A stretch of 64,000 nt of DNA from Minisyncoccota bacterium (GTDB taxonomy: Bacteria > Patescibacteriota > Microgenomatia > UBA1400 > PJMF01): assembly GCA_029881675.1 (NCBI GenBank), contig JAOUMD010000002.1, forward strand, positions 10,228 to 74,227. The letters run 5' to 3'. Positions 29,809 to 38,387 of this stretch are shown piece after piece; the first letter of the stretch is position 1; each line of letters opens with the position of its first letter. The translations under genes and the position numbers were made by a program. The notes beneath the pieces are model-generated. The model did not search any database. It was not told the origin of the DNA and saw only the letters and a list, made by a program, of their open reading frames with translations.

Positions 29809-31008
29809 ATGCCTACACAACTAGAAGGAAAAAAACTATTTGATTCAATTATTGCTGCTACAGGCTCAGAGAACAGAAGGAAGATGCTTGTAGAAATAAT
29901 GGATTGGATGGAAAAGCACGGTTTTAGTACGGATCATATTAAAGTTCATAAAACTTCACCTGACAGTGAAGCTGGAATACCAGAATCTGCTTCAATGGAA
30001 GCAGACAAAGTGGCCTGGGAAAAAACTTTAGTTGTTGCACTGGCTTTAGGATTAATAGGTAGAGAAGAAGTCTCTCAAGAACTATTAGATAAGTGGGAAA
30101 ATATCATTATCTTAGATTCTAGTGAGAAAGGTCTTAATTTGGATCAAAATGTGGCTGTCTTTGGAGGTGATGTGGTAACACTTGTCGGAAAAGATATAGA
30201 CCCAGATAGCCACTATGAAGAGCTATTAAAGTTAAGTAGAGATCTTGTGGGTGATGAAGAGCAGGATAGGGTGACAATTGAAAAGGATAAAGAAAAGATT
30301 AAAGATTTATATCGTAATCAAGATGGATTTTATGTAATGTACAAGGTCGGGATTGCATTGCTTGGGAATGACGAAGAAGGTCAGACTAGGGGAGTAACAG
30401 TAGCTTGGGATATATTTTTGAAGTTTAATCAATTACCTGAAGAGATGATTAATGATGCATATGAGGAAGGTGGGGATGCCTATTCTGTTGGCCCAAGAGT
30501 AGACCTTGCAAGTATATATGAAGATCATCGTGATGAGGATTTTGGTATTTTTGTCAGACAATCAGATTCTCCCGAAGATCTCTGGAAACCAATTGAAGTA
30601 GAGGTGATGAAAGGTCTTGTTATTGGAGGCTTGTTACCTCCACACCTGTGTCTTCAATTATTTGCTGAAATTGATCAGACAAAACCTATAAATCAAGGTA
30701 AAATAGAACCTAGAAAACCAAAAATAGATATAAGTAAAAAACCTATGCCAGAGAGATTCAGAAGCTATTTAGATAAAGTAAATATAGTAAATAATGAAGG
30801 AAGAACTACCTTAGTTTTACCTGAAATTAATGATGCTCAAGAGACAGTAGTTGAGTTAGAAGAAGACGGCAGCCTCGGAAAAATACCTGAAAGAGCAGTA
30901 TTACTTCATTTAATGAGACTAGTTGATGATGAGAATAATCAGGCCTTAGTACATTCACTGTTTGACTATATTGTTCAAAATAAGTTGCCTATTAAGCAAG
31001 AAAGTTAA
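29809..31008 (+). CDS. Maf/Ham1-superfamily-like protein, paralog 1, with C-terminal extension
   Basis: IAATGSENRR...WEKTL...GGDVV...LLKL resembles Maf ASxSPRR/KA/GADTVV/K; ATG at 29809. Confidence 0.55.
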   Translation: MPTQLEGKKLFDSIIAATGSENRRKMLVEIMDWMEKHGFSTDHIKVHKTSPDSEAGIPESASMEADKVAWEKTLVVALALGLIGREEVSQELLDKWENIIILDSSEKGLNLDQNVAVFGGDVVTLVGKDIDPDSHYEELLKLSRDLVGDEEQDRVTIEKDKEKIKDLYRNQDGFYVMYKVGIALLGNDEEGQTRGVTVAWDIFLKFNQLPEEMINDAYEEGGDAYSVGPRVDLASIYEDHRDEDFGIFVRQSDSPEDLWKPIEVEVMKGLVIGGLLPPHLCLQLFAEIDQTKPINQGKIEPRKPKIDISKKPMPERFRSYLDKVNIVNNEGRTTLVLPEINDAQETVVELEEDGSLGKIPERAVLLHLMRLVDDENNQALVHSLFDYIVQNKLPIKQES

Positions 31009-31035
31009 AGAAACTATAAACCCATAGTTTAGTAA

Positions 31036-31064
31036 TTGACAACTATATTTAAATATTGTCTAAT
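31036..31064 (+). promoter_or_regulatory. sigma70-like promoter, copy 1
   Basis: TTGACA-17 bp-TCTAAT; homologous copy at 32285. Confidence 0.7.
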
Positions 31065-31092
31065 GCTTGAATACACAGACGTTAGAAGCGAA

Positions 31093-31182
31093 GCACCAAT
31101 TAATTGTTCTTTGCTCCCAAGATACCGAACCTAGAGATAGGGGGAAAACCAAGTGAGTAAAAATAATTAAAGGTGTTTTTTT
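31093..31182 (+). ncRNA. structured RNA unit 1 (conserved core 31111-31157)
   Basis: GCACC...TTTGCTC-[CCAAGATACCGAA CCTA GAGA TAGG GGGAAAACCAAGT]-GAGTAAA...GGTGT plus T-tract. Confidence 0.75.
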
Positions 31183-31215
31183 ATTATTTAGCGTTAAAAA
31201 TTATGAACAGTGAAG

Positions 31216-31305
31216 ATGCCTCTTTGTGCTTCTTTGCTCCCAAGATACCGAACCTAGAGATAGGGGGAAAACCAAGTGAGTGAGAAGCTTAAGGAGGTAT
31301 TTTTT
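31216..31305 (+). ncRNA. structured RNA unit 2 (core 31234-31280)
   Basis: same core; different outer stem ATGCCTC...GCTTCT/AGAAGC...GAGGTAT plus T-tract. Confidence 0.75.
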
Positions 31306-31325
31306 ATTAATTATTAGGTAAATAG

Positions 31326-32276
31326 ATGATGTTAAACCCAAGAGAGAAAATGCCACATTTAATGATTGCAGCTACGGGATCTAGCAGAAGGGTAGCAAAG
31401 ATGGTCGAAATGCTAGATTACTTTGAAGAGCATGGTTATAGCCCACATCATATTAGATATGGGAGTCTTTCTCCTGATGATGAAGCAAATGTAAATGAGT
31501 CTGATTCCTCGAATGCAGGAGAAGTAGCATTTCAGAAAGTATTAGCAGTGGCCTTATCCTTGGGTATTATTAAAGATGAGGAAGTAGAAGAAGATTTATT
31601 ATTACAGTGGAAAGATATTAACAGAATTAATCCCCAGGAAAAAGAAGTTGATTTGCGTGAGCGTGTTTGTGTTTTTGGTGGAGACGTTGTTACTTCAGTT
31701 AGTGCAAAAAATGGTAGAGAAGAAGATTACAGAGAGTTGTTAAAGTTAACAAGAGACCTATCTGGTGAAGAAGAATATACAGATGGAGATATTGCTATTA
31801 TTGAGAAAGATAAGGCAGGAATAGTAGAACTTTATACCAGTCCTGAAGGCTTTTTTGTAAAATATAACATTGGATTAGCTTTGCTAAGTAATTGTGAAGA
31901 ATTTAAAACAAAAGGCTTGATAGTCTCTTGGGAGATACTTTTAAAACTGAGACCATTTCCTTTAGAAATGGTTGAAGCTGCCTACGAACAAGAAGGGAGT
32001 GCATTTAAAGTAGGTCCAAGGTTAGATTTAGCAAGTTTGGCTAAAGATTATCTTGACGAAGACTTTGGAATTATAGTTAGAGAAGAAGGTAAATCAGAGG
32101 CTCAATGGTTGCCAGTAGAATTTCAAGTTATGAAGGGTCTTGTCGTAGGAGGACTATTACCACCACATATGTGTCTAGATCTTTTTGCAAACTTAAATGA
32201 AGTTAATCCCTCTAGTGGGGAAGTGGTAAAGCCTTTAAAGGCAGAGATAAAAATTAGTTCTGTAGGAGTCCTATAA
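31326..32276 (+). CDS. Maf/Ham1-superfamily-like protein, paralog 2
   Basis: clearly paralogous to 29809 (IAATGS, KMVEMLD, GGDVVT, ELLKL, VGPR.DLAS, VMKGLV.GGLLPPH.CL). Confidence 0.6.
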   Translation: MMLNPREKMPHLMIAATGSSRRVAKMVEMLDYFEEHGYSPHHIRYGSLSPDDEANVNESDSSNAGEVAFQKVLAVALSLGIIKDEEVEEDLLLQWKDINRINPQEKEVDLRERVCVFGGDVVTSVSAKNGREEDYRELLKLTRDLSGEEEYTDGDIAIIEKDKAGIVELYTSPEGFFVKYNIGLALLSNCEEFKTKGLIVSWEILLKLRPFPLEMVEAAYEQEGSAFKVGPRLDLASLAKDYLDEDFGIIVREEGKSEAQWLPVEFQVMKGLVVGGLLPPHMCLDLFANLNEVNPSSGEVVKPLKAEIKISSVGVL

Positions 32277-32284
32277 TTTACTAA

Positions 32285-32313
32285 TTGACATTTGTTTGTA
32301 AATATTGTTTAAT
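32285..32313 (+). promoter_or_regulatory. sigma70-like promoter, copy 2
   Basis: TTGACA-17 bp-TTTAAT, followed by AATACACAGA as in copy 1. Confidence 0.7.
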
Positions 32314-32343
32314 ACCCAAATACACAGAAGTTAAGTAGCAAAA

Positions 32344-32432
32344 GCACTAAAAAAGTTTTTGCTCCCAAGACACCGAACCTAGAATGCTAGGGGGAAAACC
32401 AAGCGAGTAAAAATAATAAAGGTGTTTTTTTT
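32344..32432 (+). ncRNA. structured RNA unit 3 (core 32359-32407)
   Basis: core with inner hairpin CCTAG-AATG-CTAGG; GCACT/GGTGT outer stem plus T-tract. Confidence 0.75.
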
Positions 32433-32472
32433 ATTATTTAACAACAAGTATTAGTAAAAGAGACAGCAGAGT

Positions 32473-32560
32473 TACCTTCAAAGGTTCTTTGCTCCCAAGA
32501 TACCGAACCTAGAAATAGGGGGAAAACCAAGTGAGCAAGAAGCTTAGAGGTATTTTTTTT
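32473..32560 (+). ncRNA. structured RNA unit 4 (core 32489-32535)
   Basis: core with CCTA-GAAA-TAGG; TACCT...TTCTTTGCTC/GAGCAAGAA...AGGTA plus T8. Confidence 0.75.
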
Positions 32561-32572
32561 ATTTGAAAAATT

Positions 32573-33337
32573 ATGGAAATATTTAATAAAAAACATTTAG
32601 CAAGTATTATTGCAGATAAGCGTACTGTTTATCCTAACTCTACCAGTGCCCAAAAGGCTGAAGGTTTGCAAATGGTCTTAAATGAAGCTTTTGGACAAGG
32701 TTCAGTTGCGGTTGAAGTAGTTAGAGCTCTAGCAGCAGACTATGAAGAAACAGATCTTCCCAATGCTAGAGAAGTAGCAACACAAAAATCAGTCTATTTC
32801 CAAGAACAATTAGGTGCAGGAACTGTTACAGCAGGGGCTGATACAGTTTTTAGAATTAAAAAAGATGGAAAATGGGTTAATTTATCTAAATTAGAAAGAT
32901 TAGGAAGAGAGCTAACACAGCAAGAAACAATGGCTCAATATGAATCATTGTTTAATGTTCTTTGTAATCCAGAAAATGGAGTAGGGGAGATGATGTGGGA
33001 TGTTTCTTTAGCTATCACCAATGGTGGAACTGATACATTTAATGAAAGAATCTATATTCAGTATGAGCCAATCGATAAAGAATTATTTGAAGGTTTCTTT
33101 TGGGAAGCTGTGGACAGTGGCATGATTTATAAATCAAATTCTAGAATGGCAATGGTAGAAATGTTAGCAGTGTCAGGAGCTGTAAAGAATATGGCCTTTT
33201 TAGGCAAAGGGGGAGAGTTAAAGAGAATGTCTAGAGAACCAAATAAAGAGTTATTACAATTAGCTATTACCGATGTTGTTACCACTATGCCTACTGCATA
33301 TTTGAATGGATTAACAATGGATAATAGGGTTTTCTAA
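32573..33337 (+). CDS. Maf/Ham1-superfamily-like protein, paralog 3 (more divergent)
   Basis: NSTSAQK...YEETD..NAREVATQKS...AGADTVF...LSKL. Confidence 0.6.
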   Translation: MEIFNKKHLASIIADKRTVYPNSTSAQKAEGLQMVLNEAFGQGSVAVEVVRALAADYEETDLPNAREVATQKSVYFQEQLGAGTVTAGADTVFRIKKDGKWVNLSKLERLGRELTQQETMAQYESLFNVLCNPENGVGEMMWDVSLAITNGGTDTFNERIYIQYEPIDKELFEGFFWEAVDSGMIYKSNSRMAMVEMLAVSGAVKNMAFLGKGGELKRMSREPNKELLQLAITDVVTTMPTAYLNGLTMDNRVF

Positions 33338-33368
33338 ATAAACAATTTATATTAATAAGTAAATAAAA

Positions 33369-33399
33369 ATCCGCTACTTTAGAAGAAGCGGATCTTTTT
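33369..33399. terminator. terminator closing the Maf-like cluster
   Basis: ATCCGCT...AGCGGAT with flanking A and T runs between convergent genes. Confidence 0.7.
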
Positions 33400-33407
33400 G
33401 TTGATTG

Positions 33408-33692
33408 TCATTGTTTTTGGTTTTTAGACCATTGCCAATGACGGTATTGACTACGGTGTCCCATGATTAACCATGGAACCCGCCTTATCAGATAGTAGGC
33501 AAATAATACTACAGCACACCATGCTACTTCTTCTGGACCCAACCGAACGGTAAAAGTCCATTCAAAGGATTTTTCATCGATGTCCATCCTGATTGCAAGT
33601 GCTCCCAGAACAGGTATGACGAAAAATAACAAGTGTTGCCATAGAGCCATTTTAACTTTGACTACCATAGGCTCTTTGTTTGGATCTTCCAT
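33408..33692 (-). CDS. small two-TM membrane protein
   Basis: AGGAGG SD; hydrophobic helices. Confidence 0.65.
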   Translation of the reverse strand: MEDPNKEPMVVKVKMALWQHLLFFVIPVLGALAIRMDIDEKSFEWTFTVRLGPEEVAWCAVVLFAYYLIRRVPWLIMGHRSQYRHWQWSKNQKQ

Positions 33693-33706
33693 TTGTATGT
33701 TTCCTC

Positions 33707-33949
33707 CTATTTGTTAATGTTTCGTTTGTATTGTGCTACACGAAACATTCCCATTAGGCAAAAAACAATGGTAGGAATTCTTTTGTAGAGGTAAAACATC
33801 ACCCCTAAGACAATTCCGACACCAAGCTAAAAGAGAGAATACTTGACCACCAGAGCGGCCAATACGCAGATGATAGCTGTGTAATACAGTTGCCACCGGG
33901 CAGTCTTATATCCAAAGAGCATCAGTTTTGGTTGTGTATCATCGTTCAT
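33707..33949 (-). pseudogene. paralog of 33408..33692 with an in-frame TAG at 33827-33829
   Basis: MNDDTQPKLMLFGYKTARWQLYYTAIICVLAALVVKYSLF*LGVGIVLGVMFYLYKRIPTIVFCLMGMFRVAQYKRNINK. Confidence 0.6.
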
Positions 33950-34207
33950 AGGTTTTTACACCCCTTTCATGAAATAGTGATTAAACACGGCCAAGGTTAG
34001 ATATTATAGGATTAAATACTGGTTAAGTCAATTAATTTAAACAATATTTAATAATTTGAAGTGATATACTACTTCTATGCATAAATCATCAATTCCCCAC
34101 AAGCTTGCATATTCCACACTCTAATTTGAGTTTTGTTTTTTGGTTACTACAGATTAAGTAGTGACTGTTATATTTATTTAATTGTTATTTTTAATTTAAG
34201 GATTTAT

Positions 34208-35524
34208 ATGTCACAAGATATTGTTTTTACACTTATCAAAAAAGAAGAAAAGCGCCAGAAAGAAATGATTGGATTAATTCCATCAGAGAATACTGTCTCT
34301 CCAGAAGTATCTAAAGTTCTTTCTAGCTGTCTTTCTAACAAGTATTCAGAAGGGTTCCCTCACCATCGTTACTATGAAGGTAATCAGATCATTGATCAGA
34401 TAGAGGATTTAGCAAGAGATCGTATTAAAGAGCTATTTAAGGTCCCATATGTTAATGTTCAACCATATTCTGGTTCTCCGGCTAATACCGCCATTTACTT
34501 TGCTTTAATGCAGCCAGGAGATACATTACTGGGTCTCAAGTTAACTAAAGGAGGACATTTAACACATGGTCATCCTAAAGTAACAATGTCAGGCCGTTTT
34601 TATAACCCAGTTCAATATGGATTGGATGCTAAGGACAGAGTAGATTTTGCAGAAGTTAGAAAGCTAGCTTTGGAGCATAAACCAAAGGTGATTGTTGCTG
34701 GTAATACTGCTTATCCATTTGAGTTAGATTTTAAGAAGTTTAGAGAAATTGCTGATGAAGTAGGGGCATGGCTAGTGGCTGATATTTCTCATGTGACTGG
34801 TTTAGTAATTGGAGGAGAACATATGTCTCCAGTCCCATATGCTGATGTGATCATGAGTACTACTCACAAGACTTTCAGAGGTCCAAGAGGAGCGATGATT
34901 TTAGTTACAGATAAAGGAATGGAAAGAAATCCTAAGTTAGGAAACAAAATTGACTCTGCCATTATTCCAGGTAATCAAGGTGGTCCACACAATGCTACAA
35001 CTGCAGCGATTGCTATTGCAGCAGAGGAGGCAAGTAGACCAGAGTTCCAAGGTTATATAAAACAGGTTAGAAAAAATGCAGATACCTTATCTAAAGCTCT
35101 ACAAGCTAAAGGTTTAGATTTGGTCGGGGGTGGAACAGAAACTCATCTGATGCTTTTAGACTTATCTAAAGTTGGCTATGGATTGGGTAAACAAGTTGCT
35201 TTTGCTATGGACGCTGCTGGTATTTATGCCAATGCAAACACGGTACCAAGCGAAGTAGTCTCACCTTTCTATCCTTCTGGAGTCAGAATTGGAACACCTC
35301 TTGTTACATCTAGAGGAATGAAAGAAAAAGAGATGGAAATGATTGCTTCCTGGATTGCAAAAGTAGTAGAAATTGTCAAAGAAGAAGAGCTACCAAAGGA
35401 CAAAACAAAACGGGCTAGTTTTATTTTGGAATTTGAAAAAAGAGCCTTAAAGAATAAAGAGCTAAAAGCAATTAGAAAAGAAGTTAAAGCATTAACTAAG
35501 ACCTTCCCATTGTTTACTTGGTAA
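34208..35524 (+). CDS. glyA: serine hydroxymethyltransferase
   Basis: LIPSEN, NKYSEG, GGHLTHG, STTHKTFRGPRG; start taken at MSQD. Confidence 0.96.
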   Translation: MSQDIVFTLIKKEEKRQKEMIGLIPSENTVSPEVSKVLSSCLSNKYSEGFPHHRYYEGNQIIDQIEDLARDRIKELFKVPYVNVQPYSGSPANTAIYFALMQPGDTLLGLKLTKGGHLTHGHPKVTMSGRFYNPVQYGLDAKDRVDFAEVRKLALEHKPKVIVAGNTAYPFELDFKKFREIADEVGAWLVADISHVTGLVIGGEHMSPVPYADVIMSTTHKTFRGPRGAMILVTDKGMERNPKLGNKIDSAIIPGNQGGPHNATTAAIAIAAEEASRPEFQGYIKQVRKNADTLSKALQAKGLDLVGGGTETHLMLLDLSKVGYGLGKQVAFAMDAAGIYANANTVPSEVVSPFYPSGVRIGTPLVTSRGMKEKEMEMIASWIAKVVEIVKEEELPKDKTKRASFILEFEKRALKNKELKAIRKEVKALTKTFPLFTW

Positions 35525-35543
35525 ATTCAATTTAGAAATTATT

Positions 35544-36032
35544 GTGAATTTACGTAGTAAGGCAGAGGTCTTTGCCACTGATTATAGTGGTGTCAAATAT
35601 CAGTATGAGATTGGTCCTGTCTCTGAGGCAGCTCCTAATTGGTTTGTTGAAGGTCTCAATTGCCAGCTTTTAATCCATCTAGCATATAAAGAATTTTTTG
35701 AAGTTACTTTGCCTCAATTTTTGCGGTCTAGTGAGATGTTTGCTGATAGTGAATGGTTTTCAGAAAAAGGTTTAAATGAAATAGAAGAAGGGGATATAAT
35801 ATTTATGGGTCCGAGTTTTCTATCACCCAAAAGAGATCCTAATGATGAGGATGCAAAAAAATTACATATAGCTATGGTAACAAGCGTTGGTTTAAGAAAT
35901 GAAATAGAGATAATTCATGCTCGGCATAATAAAGGAATTATTATTGAGTCACTTGAGTATGTTCAAAAGGTAAAATGGCCACATAAGAAACCATATGAAA
36001 AGGTTTTTGGAATAAAGGGGATAAGACTTTAG
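35544..36032 (+). CDS. NlpC/P60-like cysteine hydrolase
   Basis: GLNCQLLI, GDIIF, HIAM, IIHA (Cys-His-His pattern). Confidence 0.7.
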   Translation: MNLRSKAEVFATDYSGVKYQYEIGPVSEAAPNWFVEGLNCQLLIHLAYKEFFEVTLPQFLRSSEMFADSEWFSEKGLNEIEEGDIIFMGPSFLSPKRDPNDEDAKKLHIAMVTSVGLRNEIEIIHARHNKGIIIESLEYVQKVKWPHKKPYEKVFGIKGIRL

Positions 36033-36754
36033 GTTAGGTTTAAGTTTTTAGCTTCAATCACAGTTAGGCCATTAACTTTTTCTAGTCTAATTTCTTTACC
36101 TTTTCTAAAGAGTGTAACTTCAAATTTAAGTTCTTCTAGAGTTCTGACCATTTTTTGGATATTTTGTCCTTGGTGAGGGTGGAATTCACAGTTAATAAAT
36201 TTAACTTTTTCTCTAAGTTGTTTTCTACCCTGAGTTAAAACAGCTTGCTCTGCACCTTCAATGTCCATTTTTAATAAATCAATATATTGAGCATCAAATT
36301 GAGTTAAAGCTTGCTCAATGAAATATGAGAGAGGTTTTGTTGCTACTGTGATAGGTATAGTATTTTGAGTTCCAGTCCAATTACCTTCAACTACACTGGC
36401 AGTGGAGTGCCAGTTATTCTCTGCATCAGTATGAAGTTCAATATCATTAGTCTTATTTGAGACTGCAAAAGGGTAGGTGAAAACATCGGTAATATTATTT
36501 TCAAATACATTCATATCTAATAATTTATAGTTTCCTGGTATCGGTTCAATGGCAATTATTTTTGATCCAGGATACATCTTTTTGAAGTAGAGAACAGATA
36601 ATCCAATGTTTGCTCCAGCATCAATGATGACAGGGGATGGGTTATCTGTTTCAAATTCATATGAGTTTTCAGCAAAGACATCTCTCTTTAAAGAATGATA
36701 TTCTTCTGAGTTTTCATAATAGACGATGTAGTTTCCAAGTTTTGTTTTTTCCAT
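36029..36754 (-). CDS. FkbM family methyltransferase
   Basis: IIDAGANIG, AIEP, LLKMDIEGAE. Confidence 0.92.
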   Translation of the reverse strand: MEKTKLGNYIVYYENSEEYHSLKRDVFAENSYEFETDNPSPVIIDAGANIGLSVLYFKKMYPGSKIIAIEPIPGNYKLLDMNVFENNITDVFTYPFAVSNKTNDIELHTDAENNWHSTASVVEGNWTGTQNTIPITVATKPLSYFIEQALTQFDAQYIDLLKMDIEGAEQAVLTQGRKQLREKVKFINCEFHPHQGQNIQKMVRTLEELKFEVTLFRKGKEIRLEKVNGLTVIEAKNLNLT

Positions 36755-36803
36755 ATTTGGGTTAAGTTATTATAAAGCAGTAATAGAAATAAAGGTAAAT
36801 GAT

Positions 36804-37670
36804 ATGTCACAACTAATTGGAGCCCATGTTTCAACAGCAGGAGGAACCGAAAAAGCCATGAAAAGAGCCTCAGATATTGGGGCGAATGCAATCCAAATCT
36901 TTTCGGGTTCTCCTCGGTTTTGGAAGAGGAAGAAACTGAGTGAAATCCCTACAGACAAATTGTTTTCAGAACAAAAACAATATGCTGTTAAAGAAATCTA
37001 TATTCATGCGCTCTATTTGGCAAATTTAGCAACGGACAAACCAGAATTAGTAGAAAAATCTGTTAATGCATTGAAGTATGATTTGTCATTTTCTAGTCAC
37101 ATAAAGGCGAAGGGGGTCATAGTGCATGTAGGTAGTCACCAAGGTCGTGGTTGGGAATCTGTTCGGAATGATGTGGCAAATAGAATCAAAGAAATTTTGG
37201 ATGATACTCCAAAAGACTCAATCTTCTTAATTGAAAACTCAGCAGGACAAAAGGGAAAGGTAAATAGTGATCTGAGTGAGATTAGATGGTTAATTGACAC
37301 AGTTGGTAGTAAGAGATTGAAATGGTGTTTGGATACTTGTCATGGTTTTAGTGCTGGATACGCTTTGTCAAAAGATCAACAAAAGAAATATAAAGAAACA
37401 AGTAATGGTTTAATTACTGATGAAATTACTAAATATAAATTATGGAATGATTTGGTAGTGATTCATGTCAATGATAGCAAAGGTAAGTTTGATGGGGGAA
37501 CAGATAGGCATGAAAACTTAGGTGAAGGAAATATAACAAGTGAAGCATTTAAAGAATTTTTATCTCACCCACAAGTAAAGAAAAAGCCATTGCTATTAGA
37601 AGTCCCAGGATTAGCTGGTAATGGGCCTGATAGTGAGAATATTGAGAGATTACAAGAGTTAGTAAAGTAA
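36804..37670 (+). CDS. nfo: endonuclease IV
   Basis: IGAHVS, HALYLANL, IENSAGQ, CLDTCH, HVNDSK, DRHENLG. Confidence 0.95.
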   Translation: MSQLIGAHVSTAGGTEKAMKRASDIGANAIQIFSGSPRFWKRKKLSEIPTDKLFSEQKQYAVKEIYIHALYLANLATDKPELVEKSVNALKYDLSFSSHIKAKGVIVHVGSHQGRGWESVRNDVANRIKEILDDTPKDSIFLIENSAGQKGKVNSDLSEIRWLIDTVGSKRLKWCLDTCHGFSAGYALSKDQQKKYKETSNGLITDEITKYKLWNDLVVIHVNDSKGKFDGGTDRHENLGEGNITSEAFKEFLSHPQVKKKPLLLEVPGLAGNGPDSENIERLQELVK

Positions 37671-37671
37671 G

Positions 37672-37953
37672 CTAGTTTTGTGACTGATTTTGGATTAGGT
37701 AGTCAACATTTGGATTCATCATTCTAATTTTTTTGTATTTATACTTACTACCTTCCACAACAAATGTTTTACCATAACTTAGTCCCATTAAACTGAAAGC
37801 ATCGATTATAATATCTGGACTAACCCCTGTTTCCATCAAGGCTGAGATAGCTAATAAGGTAGGGTCGTACTGTGTTTCATATCTAGTTGTAGCGTGAGCA
37901 CTATATAGAATATCTTTTATTTCATTTGGAGTGTATGTTTTTGTTTCTTGCAT
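37672..37953 (-). CDS. hypothetical protein
   Basis: ORF only. Confidence 0.5.
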   Translation of the reverse strand: MQETKTYTPNEIKDILYSAHATTRYETQYDPTLLAISALMETGVSPDIIIDAFSLMGLSYGKTFVVEGSKYKYKKIRMMNPNVDYLIQNQSQN

Positions 37954-38049
37954 AGATAAATACTTTTTATAACGAAAGCATTTTATACATATTTTTTGTA
38001 TTAATGCAAAACACAGTAGCTGTTGAAACTACTGTGTCTACTTTTGTAT

Positions 38050-38289
38050 TTAGTCGTCAAATCTGAGTGCTTCAGAAATGACTCCAAATATACCACCAAT
38101 GATTGTGCCTATAATCAACCCTGTGATGTCAAAGACGCCAAGAGAGTTGACGACAAATGCACCAATTGTATTGGTGATTAGTAAAATGACAAAAAATGCA
38201 AAGAGTGAAGTTAATGCATTCACCAAGTATTTTGCAATTTGCCATTTAACTAGAAAACCTATTATGAGAGATATCACAAATAATAACAT
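38050..38289 (-). CDS. small hydrophobic membrane protein
   Basis: three hydrophobic segments; hairpin at 38011-38037 downstream. Confidence 0.55.
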   Translation of the reverse strand: MLLFVISLIIGFLVKWQIAKYLVNALTSLFAFFVILLITNTIGAFVVNSLGVFDITGLIIGTIIGGIFGVISEALRFDD

Positions 38290-38387
38290 CTCTTATACAC
38301 ATCCTTTTTTGACTAAAGATAGGTTGATGACTATAAATTAAAAATACTATTTGTCAATCTTTATAACCTATCTACCAGATATAAAAG

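Noticed and set aside
31111-31157. Match to known riboswitches or ribozymes (ZTP, ykkC, c-di-GMP, c-di-AMP, NAD-I, T-box, PyrR site, hammerhead) or a minus-strand tRNA fragment (GGTTCGG)
   Set aside because: Their diagnostic consensus sequences are not visible by eye; promoter and U-tract polarity favour the plus strand. An Rfam search is still needed
31203-31283. 26-aa ORF MNSEDASLCFFAPKIPNLEIGGKPSE through RNA unit 2 as a leader peptide
   Set aside because: No equivalent start or frame in the other units, and unit 3 has a 2-nt insertion, so conservation is at the RNA level
31111-32535. The four repeats as a CRISPR array
   Set aside because: Only two pairs, 76-81 nt between cores, flanks that base-pair around each core, and no cas genes in the window
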